From Acidobacteriota bacterium (GTDB lineage Bacteria; Acidobacteriota; UBA890; WLXD01): 64,000 nucleotides of DNA. Location of the stretch: the NCBI GenBank assembly GCA_963666215.2, contig CAXWPL010000001.1, positions 192,001 through 256,000 of the forward strand, given 5' to 3'. The translations under genes and the position numbers were made by a program. A model generated the notes under the pieces. That model made no database searches, was not told the origin of the DNA, and saw only the letters and a program-made list of their open reading frames with translations. Positions 29,103-41,100 of this stretch are shown one piece after another. Position 1 is the first letter of the stretch. Each line of letters opens with the position of its first letter.

Positions 29103-30017
29103 CTACGGATGTGCCAGAGACTCGAGATACGCGGCGACAGATTCACGCCAAGGGGGCAACGGCCGCAATCCGAGCTCACCAGCGCGCTCCGAGCCGAGCG
29201 CCGTGTAGGCGGCGCGCGGCGCCGCCGCGCCGTATTCAGCCGCCGTCGTCGGGCGCACAAGGGAGAGCACGCCGGCGGCTCTGAAGGCCTGCCGAGCCAG
29301 CCGATACCAGGAGCACTCGCCGTCGCCGGCGACGTGGAAGAGCCCCGTGGCGCCGCACCCGAGCAGGTACCAAATGCCGGCCGCCAGATCGGTGGCACTC
29401 GTAGGGCTGACAACCTGGTCGTTCACCACGAGAGTGGGCTCGCCACGCAAAGCGCGCGCGTACATACGCTCGACGAACGATCGGTTGCCGTGTCCCGTGT
29501 GCGGTCGACCGAAGACGCAGGAAGTCCGGATCACCATATGTACGGGCGACGCCGCCAGCACCAAGTGTTCGCCAGCCAGCTTCGACGCGCCGTATACGTT
29601 CAGCGGCTCAGCCCGGTGGCTCTCGAGAAAGGGCCGTCGGCGCGGGCCGCTGAATACATAGTCGGTCGACAGGTGCACCAGACGCGATCCGACCGCTCTG
29701 CAGCCTCGCGCCAGGTTGCCGGCGGCAATCGAGTTGACGCCGAACGCCTCCTCCGGCTCGGTCTCGCAACGGTCTACGGGCTGGAAGACCGTGCAGTTGA
29801 TCACGGCGTGCGGTCGCAAACGCTGCAGCGCCTCGTTGACCGCAACGGCGTCACGGATGTCGAGATCGTCGCGGCCCCAGGCGAGCACCGTCGCCGGATC
29901 GCGCCCGGCAGCCGCGGTGGTCTCTACGAGGGCGTGGCCCGCCTGGCCAAGGGCACCAAGAATCAGGACCGCGGGGCGCTCCGCCGGGACTCTCCTTCCC
30001 ACTTCTGAGTCGGCCAC
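29103..30017 (-). CDS. rmlD: dTDP-4-dehydrorhamnose reductase (RmlD family)
   Basis: GALGQAG, VDRCETEPE, HLSTDYVF, YGASKLAGE, VNDQVVSPT. Confidence 0.9.
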   Translation of the reverse strand: MADSEVGRRVPAERPAVLILGALGQAGHALVETTAAAGRDPATVLAWGRDDLDIRDAVAVNEALQRLRPHAVINCTVFQPVDRCETEPEEAFGVNSIAAGNLARGCRAVGSRLVHLSTDYVFSGPRRRPFLESHRAEPLNVYGASKLAGEHLVLAASPVHMVIRTSCVFGRPHTGHGNRSFVERMYARALRGEPTLVVNDQVVSPTSATDLAAGIWYLLGCGATGLFHVAGDGECSWYRLARQAFRAAGVLSLVRPTTAAEYGAAAPRAAYTALGSERAGELGLRPLPPWRESVAAYLESLAHP

Positions 30018-30024
30018 TCCGACC

Positions 30025-31482
30025 TCAGTAGCGGAACGAATAGCCGCCGCCGAGAAAAACCTGCCGCAGGTTGTCGCGCAGCAAGTCGTCCCAGCCGCCG
30101 GTCACGAAGAAGCGCCCGAACACAAGGTACTGAGCTCTCAGCTTGACGTGCGGGTCGGGATCGCGCCCGAGGTCCCATGCCTCGGCCGACAGGCGCAAGC
30201 GATTATCCGGCCCGAAGTAATCGATCCCGAAGCCCGCCTCGCTCTCTACAACGCCGCCTCGGAACTGCCAGTTGTTAACGCGCTGAGCCAAAACCGCACT
30301 GAAAGTGAAGCCCTCCTCGCGAACGAGCTGGCGCTGGATGGTGCGATCGAGGACGAGGCCGAAATCGTCCAGGGTCTCCGTGACGGTGTTGATTTCGGTG
30401 AAGCCACCGATGTTGTCGTCCACCAGGTGAAAGATCGCGGCACGGTCCGATGCCTCTCCGAGCTCCACCCGCAGGCCGAAATAGTTCCGCGTCGAGTCGC
30501 TACGTTCGTAGAACTCCGAACGCAAGTTGAAGCTGAAGCGTGCCTGACCGACGCGGCGAAAGAAGATGTCGCCGGCGGCCAGCGTGTCGTCGATGCTCTC
30601 GAGCGCATCGTTGAGCTTCCGGACCGTGTTGGGCTCGTTGACGATCTGCGCGAAGCTGCCCTCGCCGCGACTCATCTTGGAGAGGATCTCCTCGAGATCG
30701 GTGGCCGAGCGGTTCAGCGTTTGGGTCACCTCACGCAATCCGTTCGCGGTTTCGCCGATGTTGCCATCGTTGGCGTCGATCAGAGTGCTCACGTCGGCCG
30801 CCAGCTGGCGGAATTCGGCAACCATATCGGGAAGCGAATCAACCAGTTGCGTCGACAGCGTGTCGAGATTCGCCACCACGCCGTCGAGTCCAGCGAAGCT
30901 GTTGGCGAGAATCGGCCGGTTTTGAATGAGCATGTCACGCAACTCGCCGGTGAGCCCCTGGACGTTGACCAGGATGTCGCGCAAAGTCGCCTCGCCTTCC
31001 GCGGTTCCGAGCACACGGCTCAACGCGTCGGTCGTGCTCTTGAGGTCAGCGGCGATGCCGCCAACCACGGTAACGAGCTGGTCGACGGAAGCGGGCGCGC
31101 CGCCTTTGATACGGTCGTTGTCCCCGACGACTCGGCTGGTCGGCGAGCCCGGCCGAATCTCCAGGATTCGGTCACCCAACATGCCGGTGGAGCCGACCAC
31201 CGCGAGCGCATCCTCGTAAACTCGCACGTCGCGGCGGATCCGCAGCGTCACTTCCGCGAAACCATCTGCGGTGAGGCCGACGCTTTCGACGCGCCCGACG
31301 TTCACACCGGCGAGCTGTACAGGATCATCTACGCGCAGACCGGCGACGTTGGAGAACCGCACGCTCACGGTGTACGTCTGGTCGAGATCGAGCCGGCCGA
31401 GGTTCTCGATTCGAATGACGAAGAACGCGAGCGCGGCGACACCAACGAGGACGAGGATGCCGACGCGGGCTTCGGTATTCAC
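30025..31482 (-). CDS. MlaD/MCE family protein with long helical region and C-terminal beta-rich domain
   Basis: N-terminal TM, FSNVAGL...VQLAGVNVGRV, GMLGDRILEIRPG; GTG start after GGAGG. Confidence 0.88.
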   Translation of the reverse strand: MNTEARVGILVLVGVAALAFFVIRIENLGRLDLDQTYTVSVRFSNVAGLRVDDPVQLAGVNVGRVESVGLTADGFAEVTLRIRRDVRVYEDALAVVGSTGMLGDRILEIRPGSPTSRVVGDNDRIKGGAPASVDQLVTVVGGIAADLKSTTDALSRVLGTAEGEATLRDILVNVQGLTGELRDMLIQNRPILANSFAGLDGVVANLDTLSTQLVDSLPDMVAEFRQLAADVSTLIDANDGNIGETANGLREVTQTLNRSATDLEEILSKMSRGEGSFAQIVNEPNTVRKLNDALESIDDTLAAGDIFFRRVGQARFSFNLRSEFYERSDSTRNYFGLRVELGEASDRAAIFHLVDDNIGGFTEINTVTETLDDFGLVLDRTIQRQLVREEGFTFSAVLAQRVNNWQFRGGVVESEAGFGIDYFGPDNRLRLSAEAWDLGRDPDPHVKLRAQYLVFGRFFVTGGWDDLLRDNLRQVFLGGGYSFRY

Positions 31483-31563
31483 GGAGAACCCTCCAGGCTG
31501 CGGGTCGGGCATCTCGCGAGCGAGACGCGAGTGTTCCGTAGCATAGCGGCTGCGGCGAGCGGA

Positions 31564-32385
31564 CTACAGTCCAGTGATCGGACCCTCGGCGCTGCCGTGA
31601 ATGAACTGCTGTATCACGGGGTTGTCGCTCTGCTGAATCTCCTCGGGCGTGCCGATCGCCTCGATCCTACCCTTGTAGAGCATGGCGATGCGGTCGGCGA
31701 TCTTGTAGGCCGACACCATGTCATGCGTGATCGTCAGCGACGTCACGCTCATGCGCTCGCGCAGCCCGATGATCAAATCGTTGATCTGGTCGGCGAGAAT
31801 AGGGTCGAGCCCGGTGGTCGGCTCGTCGTACAGCATCACGTCGGGGCCCAACGCGATCGCCCGAGCCAACCCGACACGTTTCTTCATACCGCCGGAGAGC
31901 TCCGACGGGGCCTTCTTCTCCGCGCCCTCGAGTCCTACCCAGCGCAGAACCTCGGAGACGCGATCGGCGATGCGCTCGGCATCCCACTTCGTGTGCTGTC
32001 GCAGGGCGAAGGCAACGTTCTCCCCGACGCTCATCGAGTCGAACAGCGCGGCGTACTGAAAAAGCATTCCCATCCGGCGGCGGAGCATCACAAGATCGCT
32101 CGCCGTCTGCGCCGACACATGCCGCCCGTCCACGAGAACCTCGCCCGAGTCCGGCTCCAAGAGCCCAATCACGAGCTTGAGGAGGACGCTCTTGCCGGCG
32201 CCGCTGGTGCCGATGATCACGAGCGACTCGCCGCGCTCGACGGTCAGGTCGATCTCGCCGAGAACCTGCAAGTCACCGAAGCGCTTGGATAGCGCGCGCA
32301 ACTCGATGAACCGCTCGTCGGCGGCACACGTGGCTGCCCCGTCGGCGTCGAGGGGAGTCGCTGCAGTCGGCATCACAGATTCCAC
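31564..32385 (-). CDS. mlaF: MlaF/Mkl ABC transporter ATPase
   Basis: GTSGAGKS, LFDSMSVGENV, LSGGMKKRVGLARA, YDEPTTGLDP. Confidence 0.92.
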   Translation of the reverse strand: MESVMPTAATPLDADGAATCAADERFIELRALSKRFGDLQVLGEIDLTVERGESLVIIGTSGAGKSVLLKLVIGLLEPDSGEVLVDGRHVSAQTASDLVMLRRRMGMLFQYAALFDSMSVGENVAFALRQHTKWDAERIADRVSEVLRWVGLEGAEKKAPSELSGGMKKRVGLARAIALGPDVMLYDEPTTGLDPILADQINDLIIGLRERMSVTSLTITHDMVSAYKIADRIAMLYKGRIEAIGTPEEIQQSDNPVIQQFIHGSAEGPITGL

Positions 32386-33158
32386 AGACTGAGCAGCAGC
32401 TTCGTAAGGAAGAAGTCGGACACCAGAATCGCCATGCTGCTCGTGACCATCGCTCCGGTTGTGGCCCGGCCTACGCCCTGAGCCCCACCCGATGTTCGAA
32501 AGCCGCGCGCGCAGCTGAACAGAGCGATCATGATCCCGAACAGCGAAGCCTTCAGCAGCCCGCCAGCGACGTCCTGAATGTCGAGGAAGTCAAAGCTCGA
32601 GTTCCAATAGGCGGTCGGCGCCGCGCCGAGCATGCGCACCGCGACCGCGTAACCACCGAAGATACCCATCAGATCGCCGATCACCACGAGTATCGGCAAC
32701 ATCAAAGCGGCGGCGAGCACGCGCGGCACCACCAGATACCTCACGGGATCGACAGCCATCGTCTTAAGCGCGTCAACCTGTTCCGTGACCATCATGGTGC
32801 CGATCTCCGCAGCCATTGCGGACCCGGCGCGCCCGGCAACCATGAGCGAGGCCATCACCGGCACGAGCTCGCGCGTCATGCCGCGGGCTACGGCGAATCC
32901 CACCAGGCCGGTGGCGCCAAACTTCGCGAAGCCCTCCCAGGTTTGCAATGCGAAGACCGCGCCGGAAAACCCAGCGGTTACGAGCACGACCGGGAGCGAT
33001 CGATTGCCGATCTCGAACATCTGCGCGAACCAGCTGCGTACGTAGTACGGGCCGCTCACGAGACCGGCGATGGTCGAACCGAACAAGAGAGCGGTCTCGC
33101 CAGCGTCGGAAGCGAGTCGCACGGCCCATTGGCCGACGGCTGTCAGTAGGCGGGTCAT
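32373..33158 (-). CDS. mlaE: MlaE ABC transporter permease
   Basis: RELVPV, AGRAGSAMAAEIGTM, EQVDAL, YLVVPR, GGAQGVGRATT. Confidence 0.93.
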   Translation of the reverse strand: MTRLLTAVGQWAVRLASDAGETALLFGSTIAGLVSGPYYVRSWFAQMFEIGNRSLPVVLVTAGFSGAVFALQTWEGFAKFGATGLVGFAVARGMTRELVPVMASLMVAGRAGSAMAAEIGTMMVTEQVDALKTMAVDPVRYLVVPRVLAAALMLPILVVIGDLMGIFGGYAVAVRMLGAAPTAYWNSSFDFLDIQDVAGGLLKASLFGIMIALFSCARGFRTSGGAQGVGRATTGAMVTSSMAILVSDFFLTKLLLSLWNL

Positions 33159-33436
33159 TGGATTTGTTCCGTCGCCGACCGCTCGGCTGTCGGGCGGTCG
33201 AACGCCGCCGGCGTTGCCTCGTTCAACGGCCGACGATATTGCAGGACTTGCCCGGCTTCCAGGGCTGGCGAGAATACACGGGGCACGCGGCCTCCCAGGC
33301 TACTGAGCACTTCGTGCGGGTTGCGGTTGGCCCGGCGCGCGATCTCCTCGACAACGACGGCGCCCGGCACAACGCCGCCTTCCGGCTGCGATCCGCTATG
33401 CAACCACACCGTATCGCCGCGCCTGGAGTTGTGCAC
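33155..33436 (-). pseudogene. orphan, diverged duplicate of the alanine racemase 3' end
   Basis: GDTVWL...VEEIARRANRNPHEVLSSLGGRVPRVF matches the alr C-terminus; its stop overlaps the mlaE start (ATGA). Confidence 0.85.
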
Positions 33437-33513
33437 GTCGGCAGCAGAACGGGAGCACGGGGCAACGAGCCCGACCTCGGCGCCTTGCCAAATCGCTGGA
33501 GCTCGGAGCCCCG

Positions 33514-34446
33514 TCAGGTATCGGCGCGCTCGGGCAGTCCGAGCTCGTAATCCTGAAATGCGTCAGGCGCATTCAGCAGGTCTGCAACTTCGTCATGGTT
33601 CTCGACGATGATCTCGATCGGCCGGTTCGTTTGCTTTTGGAACCGACGATCGATCACCGGCGTTGGGGAGATACCGAGCAACGGGAAAATCGAGCGCTCG
33701 AACGCGGCCTGAGGATCTGCGCAGATGTCCTCATAGCAAACGACAGCGCCATGCTCGCTCAGAACTGGCAGCTTCATCCACTCTTCGTTGATGGCTCTCA
33801 CTGCGGCGAAGTACGACCGGATCTTCACGTTGGAGAGCCGGATCGTCCGATCTGTTTCCACGTAAGTCCGACCGGCGCTCCATCCAGTCTCCCCGGTCAC
33901 GCCGCACATTGCATGCGAAATCAACTGGCGGGACATCGACCGTCGATAAAGAACGACGAACTTGGCGGTTGGAAAGGCTCCGTGGAGATCGGCCACCGTA
34001 ACCCCTCCGATCTCGAAATGCTCATACTGGAGCTTGACGGCGCAGATGCGGCTGTCGATGGCCTGCAAGCACTGGCTGAGATAGGAAAGGCACAGATCCT
34101 TCGAGGAGAATACCGGAGGGTCGTACGACGTACGCAACAAGTGCGGCCCCCTCCTGTGTCGCCGAACCCAGCGCCCAAGACTCTTCCTGGCCACCAGCCA
34201 GAAGGGGCCGAAGTACATCTTGGAGACGTGCCTCGAGACATTCCCGAGGACCTCGAAGTCGAACGCTGCACCCGGAATCGACTCCAGGAGCCCCAGGAAA
34301 TGCTTGCTGCCAGATCGCGGCGTAAAGAGAAGAAAGACGGGCTGTCTGTCTTCCAGACTGGACACCTTCGCAGCCGCGATTCTGCGCTCGACAAAACCCC
34401 ACGCGAAACGTGACTTGAGCTCGGCGATCTTGGGCATGTCGTCCAA
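33514..34446 (-). CDS. PAPS-dependent sulfotransferase (Stf0-like)
   Basis: 5'-PSB FTPRSGS, 3'-PB LYRRSMSRQLIS, CYEDI, KQT...IVENHDEV; start may be ATG 34437. Confidence 0.8.
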   Translation of the reverse strand: MDDMPKIAELKSRFAWGFVERRIAAAKVSSLEDRQPVFLLFTPRSGSKHFLGLLESIPGAAFDFEVLGNVSRHVSKMYFGPFWLVARKSLGRWVRRHRRGPHLLRTSYDPPVFSSKDLCLSYLSQCLQAIDSRICAVKLQYEHFEIGGVTVADLHGAFPTAKFVVLYRRSMSRQLISHAMCGVTGETGWSAGRTYVETDRTIRLSNVKIRSYFAAVRAINEEWMKLPVLSEHGAVVCYEDICADPQAAFERSIFPLLGISPTPVIDRRFQKQTNRPIEIIVENHDEVADLLNAPDAFQDYELGLPERADT

Positions 34447-34486
34447 TCAGGTGCCGTAGGGCAGTGAGGGAAATGGGGGACGCGGG

Positions 34487-35836
34487 CTACAGCGAACCCT
34501 CCGCCAGCGCTATATCAGGCGCCAGCGCGGTCGCACTCGATGGCGCGCCGTCGGGCAGGGCTCGCGGGGCGTTCAGGAATACGCGCGGCACGCGACCTCC
34601 CAGCCTACTGAGCACTTCGTGCGGAATACTATCGGCTCGGCGCGCGATCTCTTCCACCGCGAAGGAGGGCTCGGCCAAGCCCTCCGCCTGTGGCCCGCCG
34701 AACAACCACACCGTATCGCCGACCGTGGCGTCCGGCACGTCGGTCACATCGACGATCGTGGCGTCCATGCTGATGCGCCCGACGATCGGCACTCTGCAAC
34801 CTCTCAGAAGCACCTCGGCCGGCCGAGAATGGCGCCCGTGAGGGCTTGGATGACTCAGCGCTCGCGGTAGGCCGTCATGGTAGCCGAGCGGGAGCACGCC
34901 GAGCCGAGTCCTCCGTTCAGGGCGAAAGCTCATGCCGTAACCGACGGCGGTACCAGCCTCCGCCCAGCGGAGAGCCGCCACGCGCGTGCGGAGACTCATC
35001 ACTCGGCGTAGTCGGAGCGGCGAAGGCTCACACGCGAGCGTGGCGCCGTACAGCGCCAGGCCGGGGCGAACGCCCGTGAATCCCTCGGGCCCGGAGTCGC
35101 GCCAGGTGACCGGGTGGTGAGCGACGCCGGCGCTGTTGGCCAGGTGAGCCCATGGAAGGCTGAGACCGGCTTCCCCAAGTCCGAGGAGAATGCGCCGGAA
35201 GCTGGCCGCCTGTTCGGCAACGAAGTCGTGTTCGGCACTGCCAGCCAACGCGCCCGCGGTAGCGAGATTGGAGAACAGCCCGCCGAGTCGAATCTCGGGG
35301 CTACTCATCAGATCGCTGGCGAGCGCGACGACCGGCTCGATGTCGGGGCCAACACCAAGACGTCGCATCCCGGTGTCGACTTTGATTTGCACATCAACAA
35401 CCCGAGCGTTGCCTCCCTTGCGCACCGCGGAACGCAGCCGTCCTGCTGCTGCGGCGTCAGATACGGCGGCGATCAGTCGGTGCTCGACAACCAGGCGATA
35501 CGGATCGCGCTCCCCGCCGTTGGCGAGCGTAGTCATCACCAGGACCGGAGCGTCAATACCTGAAGCTCGCAGCTCGGCGCCCTCGCTCGCCGTGGCAACA
35601 CAAAAGCCGCTTGGGCGAGACTTACCGCACATTTGCAGCGCGCGAGCCACCTGCGCGGCGCCATGACCGTAGGCGTCGGCTTTGACGACCGCCCATACGT
35701 CGGTCGGCGCCACGTACTTCGCCACTTGGCGATAGTTAGCGACACAGGCCCCGAGATCGATCTCGGCAACGGTCGGCCGACAGTCGCTTACGCCCACAGC
35801 AACGCTCCTACGGCCGGCGCCGGGACGAGGAATCAC
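34487..35836 (-). CDS. alr: alanine racemase
   Basis: AVVKADAYGHG (PLP Lys), KVDTGMRRLG, HLANSAG, VRPGLALYG, VGYG, VGRISMD; start uncertain. Confidence 0.95.
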   Translation of the reverse strand: MIPRPGAGRRSVAVGVSDCRPTVAEIDLGACVANYRQVAKYVAPTDVWAVVKADAYGHGAAQVARALQMCGKSRPSGFCVATASEGAELRASGIDAPVLVMTTLANGGERDPYRLVVEHRLIAAVSDAAAAGRLRSAVRKGGNARVVDVQIKVDTGMRRLGVGPDIEPVVALASDLMSSPEIRLGGLFSNLATAGALAGSAEHDFVAEQAASFRRILLGLGEAGLSLPWAHLANSAGVAHHPVTWRDSGPEGFTGVRPGLALYGATLACEPSPLRLRRVMSLRTRVAALRWAEAGTAVGYGMSFRPERRTRLGVLPLGYHDGLPRALSHPSPHGRHSRPAEVLLRGCRVPIVGRISMDATIVDVTDVPDATVGDTVWLFGGPQAEGLAEPSFAVEEIARRADSIPHEVLSRLGGRVPRVFLNAPRALPDGAPSSATALAPDIALAEGSL

Positions 35837-35901
35837 CGACGCCCGCGCCGCAGCGATCCCATCGGTGGCCTGCCCATGCCGTTGAGGGCGAGAGCACGGT
35901 T

Positions 35902-37272
35902 CTAGAACTCAGACTCGGGTGCTTGCGACGGCTCTGCGAAAAGGGTGAACGACTTGAGGAACACCAGCGGCACCATGCCGATCGGCCCGTTTCGTTGCTT
36001 CGAGATGATCAGCTCCGCGCGCCCCTCGAGGTCGGGGTCGTCCCTGTCGTAGACCTCGGGACGAAAGATAAACGCCACCACGTCGGCATCCTGCTCGAGG
36101 TTGCCCGACTCCCGCAGATCGGACAGCTGCGGCCGATGCCCTGCGCGTGATTCAGGGGCGCGTGATAGCTGCGACAGCGCCAAAACCGGAACCTCGAGCT
36201 CCTTGGCAAGCGCCTTGAGGCCGCGCGAGATCTCACCGATCTCGAGGTTGCGGTTGTCGGCGCGGCCCGAGGCGCGGACCAGCTGCAGATAGTCGACCAC
36301 GATCAGATCGAGCCCGTGCTCGGCCTTGAGCCGACGCGCCTTGGCACGCATCTCGAGCACGGTGATCGCGGCGCTGTCGTCGATGAAGATGCGGGCGCGC
36401 GAAAGCTCCTCGAGCGCCGAACCCAACCCGTCCATGTCGGACTTCGAGAGAAACCCGGTCGCGAGCTTGTGGGCGTCGACCTTGGCCACTGCTGTCACCA
36501 AGCGCCGGATCACCTGCTGCACCGACATCTCGAGCGAAAAGAAGCCGACACAGCGCGGCGGCTCGCCGGCTGCGGCGCGCTTGGGGTCGAGCGCGACGCT
36601 CTGGGCGATGTTGAGCGCGAGCGAAGTCTTCCCCATGGAAGGGCGCGCCGCGAGGATGACGAGGTCGCCGGGTTGCAGTCCCGCTGTCATCGAGTCCAAA
36701 CGCGAGTATCCCGTGGGGAGGCCGGTGACAAAGTCGCCCCGCTTCTGCAGCTCCTCGATCTGGCGCATCGTGTCGAACGCGAGATCGCGCACCGACACGA
36801 AGCCGCGCCGCACCTTGCCCTCGCTGATCTCGAAGATCGAGTGCTCGGCCAGGTCGAGGAGCTCGTCGGTGTCCTTGCCGCCCTCCATCGCCTCGCTGAT
36901 GATCGAGCTGGCGGAAATGATGAGCTGGCGGCGTGCCGATTTGTCCTTGACGATGCGCGCGTAGTGCTCAACGTTGGCGGTGCGAGGCAGCCCGTCGATG
37001 AGCTCGGCTATGTAGGCGGAGCCCCCAGCGCGCGCGAACGTGTCGCGGCGCTCGAGCTCTTCGCGCAAGGTAATCGGATCGATCGCGTCGGCGCGCTCCG
37101 ACAGCGACGACATCCCCTCGAAGATGAACCGGTGCGCGTCGTCGAAGAAGTCGCCGGCAACGATCTGCTGCGCCGCGACGTTGAACGCCTCGTTGTCGAG
37201 CAGTACGGCGCCGAGCACAGAGCGCTCGGCATCGCGACTGCTCGGTAGCGATCCTGTATCGCCGACGCGCAT
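35902..37272 (-). CDS. dnaB: replicative DNA helicase DnaB
   Basis: AERSVLG, AARPSMGKT, FSLEMS, VDYLQL, LSQLSR, SDLRESG, KQRNGP; no intein. Confidence 0.98.
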   Translation of the reverse strand: MRVGDTGSLPSSRDAERSVLGAVLLDNEAFNVAAQQIVAGDFFDDAHRFIFEGMSSLSERADAIDPITLREELERRDTFARAGGSAYIAELIDGLPRTANVEHYARIVKDKSARRQLIISASSIISEAMEGGKDTDELLDLAEHSIFEISEGKVRRGFVSVRDLAFDTMRQIEELQKRGDFVTGLPTGYSRLDSMTAGLQPGDLVILAARPSMGKTSLALNIAQSVALDPKRAAAGEPPRCVGFFSLEMSVQQVIRRLVTAVAKVDAHKLATGFLSKSDMDGLGSALEELSRARIFIDDSAAITVLEMRAKARRLKAEHGLDLIVVDYLQLVRASGRADNRNLEIGEISRGLKALAKELEVPVLALSQLSRAPESRAGHRPQLSDLRESGNLEQDADVVAFIFRPEVYDRDDPDLEGRAELIISKQRNGPIGMVPLVFLKSFTLFAEPSQAPESEF

Positions 37273-37352
37273 CCTGTTCCCTCGAGCGCCGCTGCGCGAA
37301 CCTGCCCTGTTCGCGCCGGTGCCTTGACTGGCGGTTACAAGCGGACCGGAGC

Positions 37353-37820
37353 CTAGGAGCCCTCCTCCTCGGCGACGACGTTGACCTTCACGGTGCCAAT
37401 CACACCGTGCGAGAGCGCGATCGGCACGGTGTGCTCGCCCACTTCTTTGATCGGTTGCTCCAGATGGATGTGGCCGCGGTCCACGTCGAAGCCACGCTCG
37501 TCGAGCGCATCGCCGATGTCGACCACGCTCACCGAACCGTACAGCGAGGACTCCTCGCCTTCGATCACCTTGCGCGACATCGTCAGAACGACCACCGACA
37601 GACGCTCGGCCACAGCCTCGGCAGCGGCACGTTGCTCCGCGGCGGCAGCGCGCAGCTTGCCCATCTGCTGCTCAACCGTCGCGATGTTGGCCTTGGTCGC
37701 GGGCACCGCCAGATTCTTGGGCAGGAGGTAGTTGCGCCCGTAGCCGTTGGCCACCTCGACGAGATCCCCTGGCTGCCCAAGGTGCGTTACCGCTTGTTTG
37801 AGGATCAGCTTCATGTTCAC
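37353..37820 (-). CDS. rplI: 50S ribosomal protein L9
   Basis: MKLILK, LGQPGDLVEVANGYGRNYLLP, LYGSVS. Confidence 0.97.
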   Translation of the reverse strand: MNMKLILKQAVTHLGQPGDLVEVANGYGRNYLLPKNLAVPATKANIATVEQQMGKLRAAAAEQRAAAEAVAERLSVVVLTMSRKVIEGEESSLYGSVSVVDIGDALDERGFDVDRGHIHLEQPIKEVGEHTVPIALSHGVIGTVKVNVVAEEEGS

Positions 37821-37823
37821 GGC

Positions 37824-38072
37824 CTAGCTGCTCCCCACGTACGGAAGCAAGGCGATCGTCCGGGCGCGCTTGATCGCCTGTCGCAGCATCCGTTGGTGTT
37901 TGGCCGAGGCCCCACTCGTGCGACGCGGGATCATCTTGCCGCGATCGTCGACGTATCGGCGCAACAGGTCGACGTCTTTGTAGTCGACGTAGGTGGCCTT
38001 GTCGCGTGTTAGACGATCAACCCGGCGCCGGCGCCTGAATCCGCCTCCGCCCCTCTTTACTCGTTGCTGCAT
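37824..38072 (-). CDS. rpsR: 30S ribosomal protein S18 (cysteine-free form)
   Basis: [35 protein letters not shown]. Confidence 0.97.
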   Translation of the reverse strand: MQQRVKRGGGGFRRRRRVDRLTRDKATYVDYKDVDLLRRYVDDRGKMIPRRTSGASAKHQRMLRQAIKRARTIALLPYVGSS

Positions 38073-38074
38073 CG

Positions 38075-38869
38075 TCAGTCCTCCTCCGACTCGGCCGGTT
38101 CAGCCGAGCCCGCGTCATCTTCAGCCGGCGCGCCGTCTGACGCCATGTCACCGCTTTCCGGAGCTCCGGACTCGTCCGTGGCCTTTTCCGTAGCGCCCTC
38201 GGAGCCTTCATCAGTAGCCCCTTCGGCGACCGTAGGCTCACCCGATGGAGCGTCGACTTCTTCCGACTCCGCGGGCGCATCGCTCTCCGAACCATCGGTC
38301 GCATCGGCAGACGGCTCATCCGCCTCCGCCGGCGCAGCGTCGGTTTCGACGGGAGCCGGAGCGACCTGCGGATCCTCCTCGGTCGAAGTGGGCTCGACGG
38401 CGTCGTCGGTCTCGGTTTCTTCCTTCGAGACCGTGGCTCCGAACACCTCTCCGGCAGCCAGCGCCGCGGCCTTGGCTATGGCGCGCTCGCCTGCGGCCGC
38501 AACCTGGGCAGCCGCCAGCGCCTTGTCCTCATCCGAGATCTCCAACTCGGCCAGCTGCTTGCGAACCACCACCTCCTGAGCGCCTGTCAGCCTGACGACG
38601 ATCTCGCGGAGGATCGACTCGCGATAGCGGGTGTGAGCGCGAAACTCGTTGGGGAGAGTTGGCGGCCCCTCGAGCTGGAAGAGGACGTAGATACCATCCT
38701 CGAACCTCTGGATGCGATACGCCAGGCGGCGACGTCCCCACTTGTCGACCCGCAGGATATCTCCGCCGGACGACTCGATCTGGGTACGGAGCCCACCGAT
38801 GATGGCGTCGACTCCGTCGTCATCCTCGTTGGGCGAGATGATGACAACAATTTCGTACAGGCTGGCCAT
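38075..38869 (-). CDS. rpsF: 30S ribosomal protein S6 with long acidic C-terminal extension
   Basis: [22 protein letters not shown]; ~165 aa Ala/Glu/Asp-rich tail. Confidence 0.95.
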   Translation of the reverse strand: MASLYEIVVIISPNEDDDGVDAIIGGLRTQIESSGGDILRVDKWGRRRLAYRIQRFEDGIYVLFQLEGPPTLPNEFRAHTRYRESILREIVVRLTGAQEVVVRKQLAELEISDEDKALAAAQVAAAGERAIAKAAALAAGEVFGATVSKEETETDDAVEPTSTEEDPQVAPAPVETDAAPAEADEPSADATDGSESDAPAESEEVDAPSGEPTVAEGATDEGSEGATEKATDESGAPESGDMASDGAPAEDDAGSAEPAESEED

Positions 38870-38873
38870 GATT

Positions 38874-38920
38874 CTCCCCTCGGCCTATGGCCCCACCTCG
38901 AAGATGGGGCGAGGAGCAGT
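38874..38920 (-). promoter_or_regulatory. S6:S18 ribosomal protein leader (rpsF autoregulatory RNA)
   Basis: TGCTCCTC-GCCCCATC-TTCG-AGGTGGGGC-CATAGGCC-GAGGGGAG directly before the rpsF ATG; outer stem sequesters the SD, as in the known Bacillus-type leader. Confidence 0.7.
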
Positions 38921-39024
38921 GCCGTCCTCGTCCTGCCGTGAGCCAATGCTCCGGCGGGCTGCGTCGAGGGCGGACGGTGAAAAAACGTTAGAAGCGTATC
39001 TCGAGCTGGTTGGCGCCTCGACAG

Positions 39025-41073
<2,049 letters not shown>

Positions 41074-41100
41074 GGAGGGTCTCCTGTGCGGCAGCGAGCC

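Noticed and set aside
29716-32292. 858-aa plus-strand ORF
   Set aside because: Antisense shadow of rmlD/mlaD/mlaF in high-GC DNA; no recognisable motifs.
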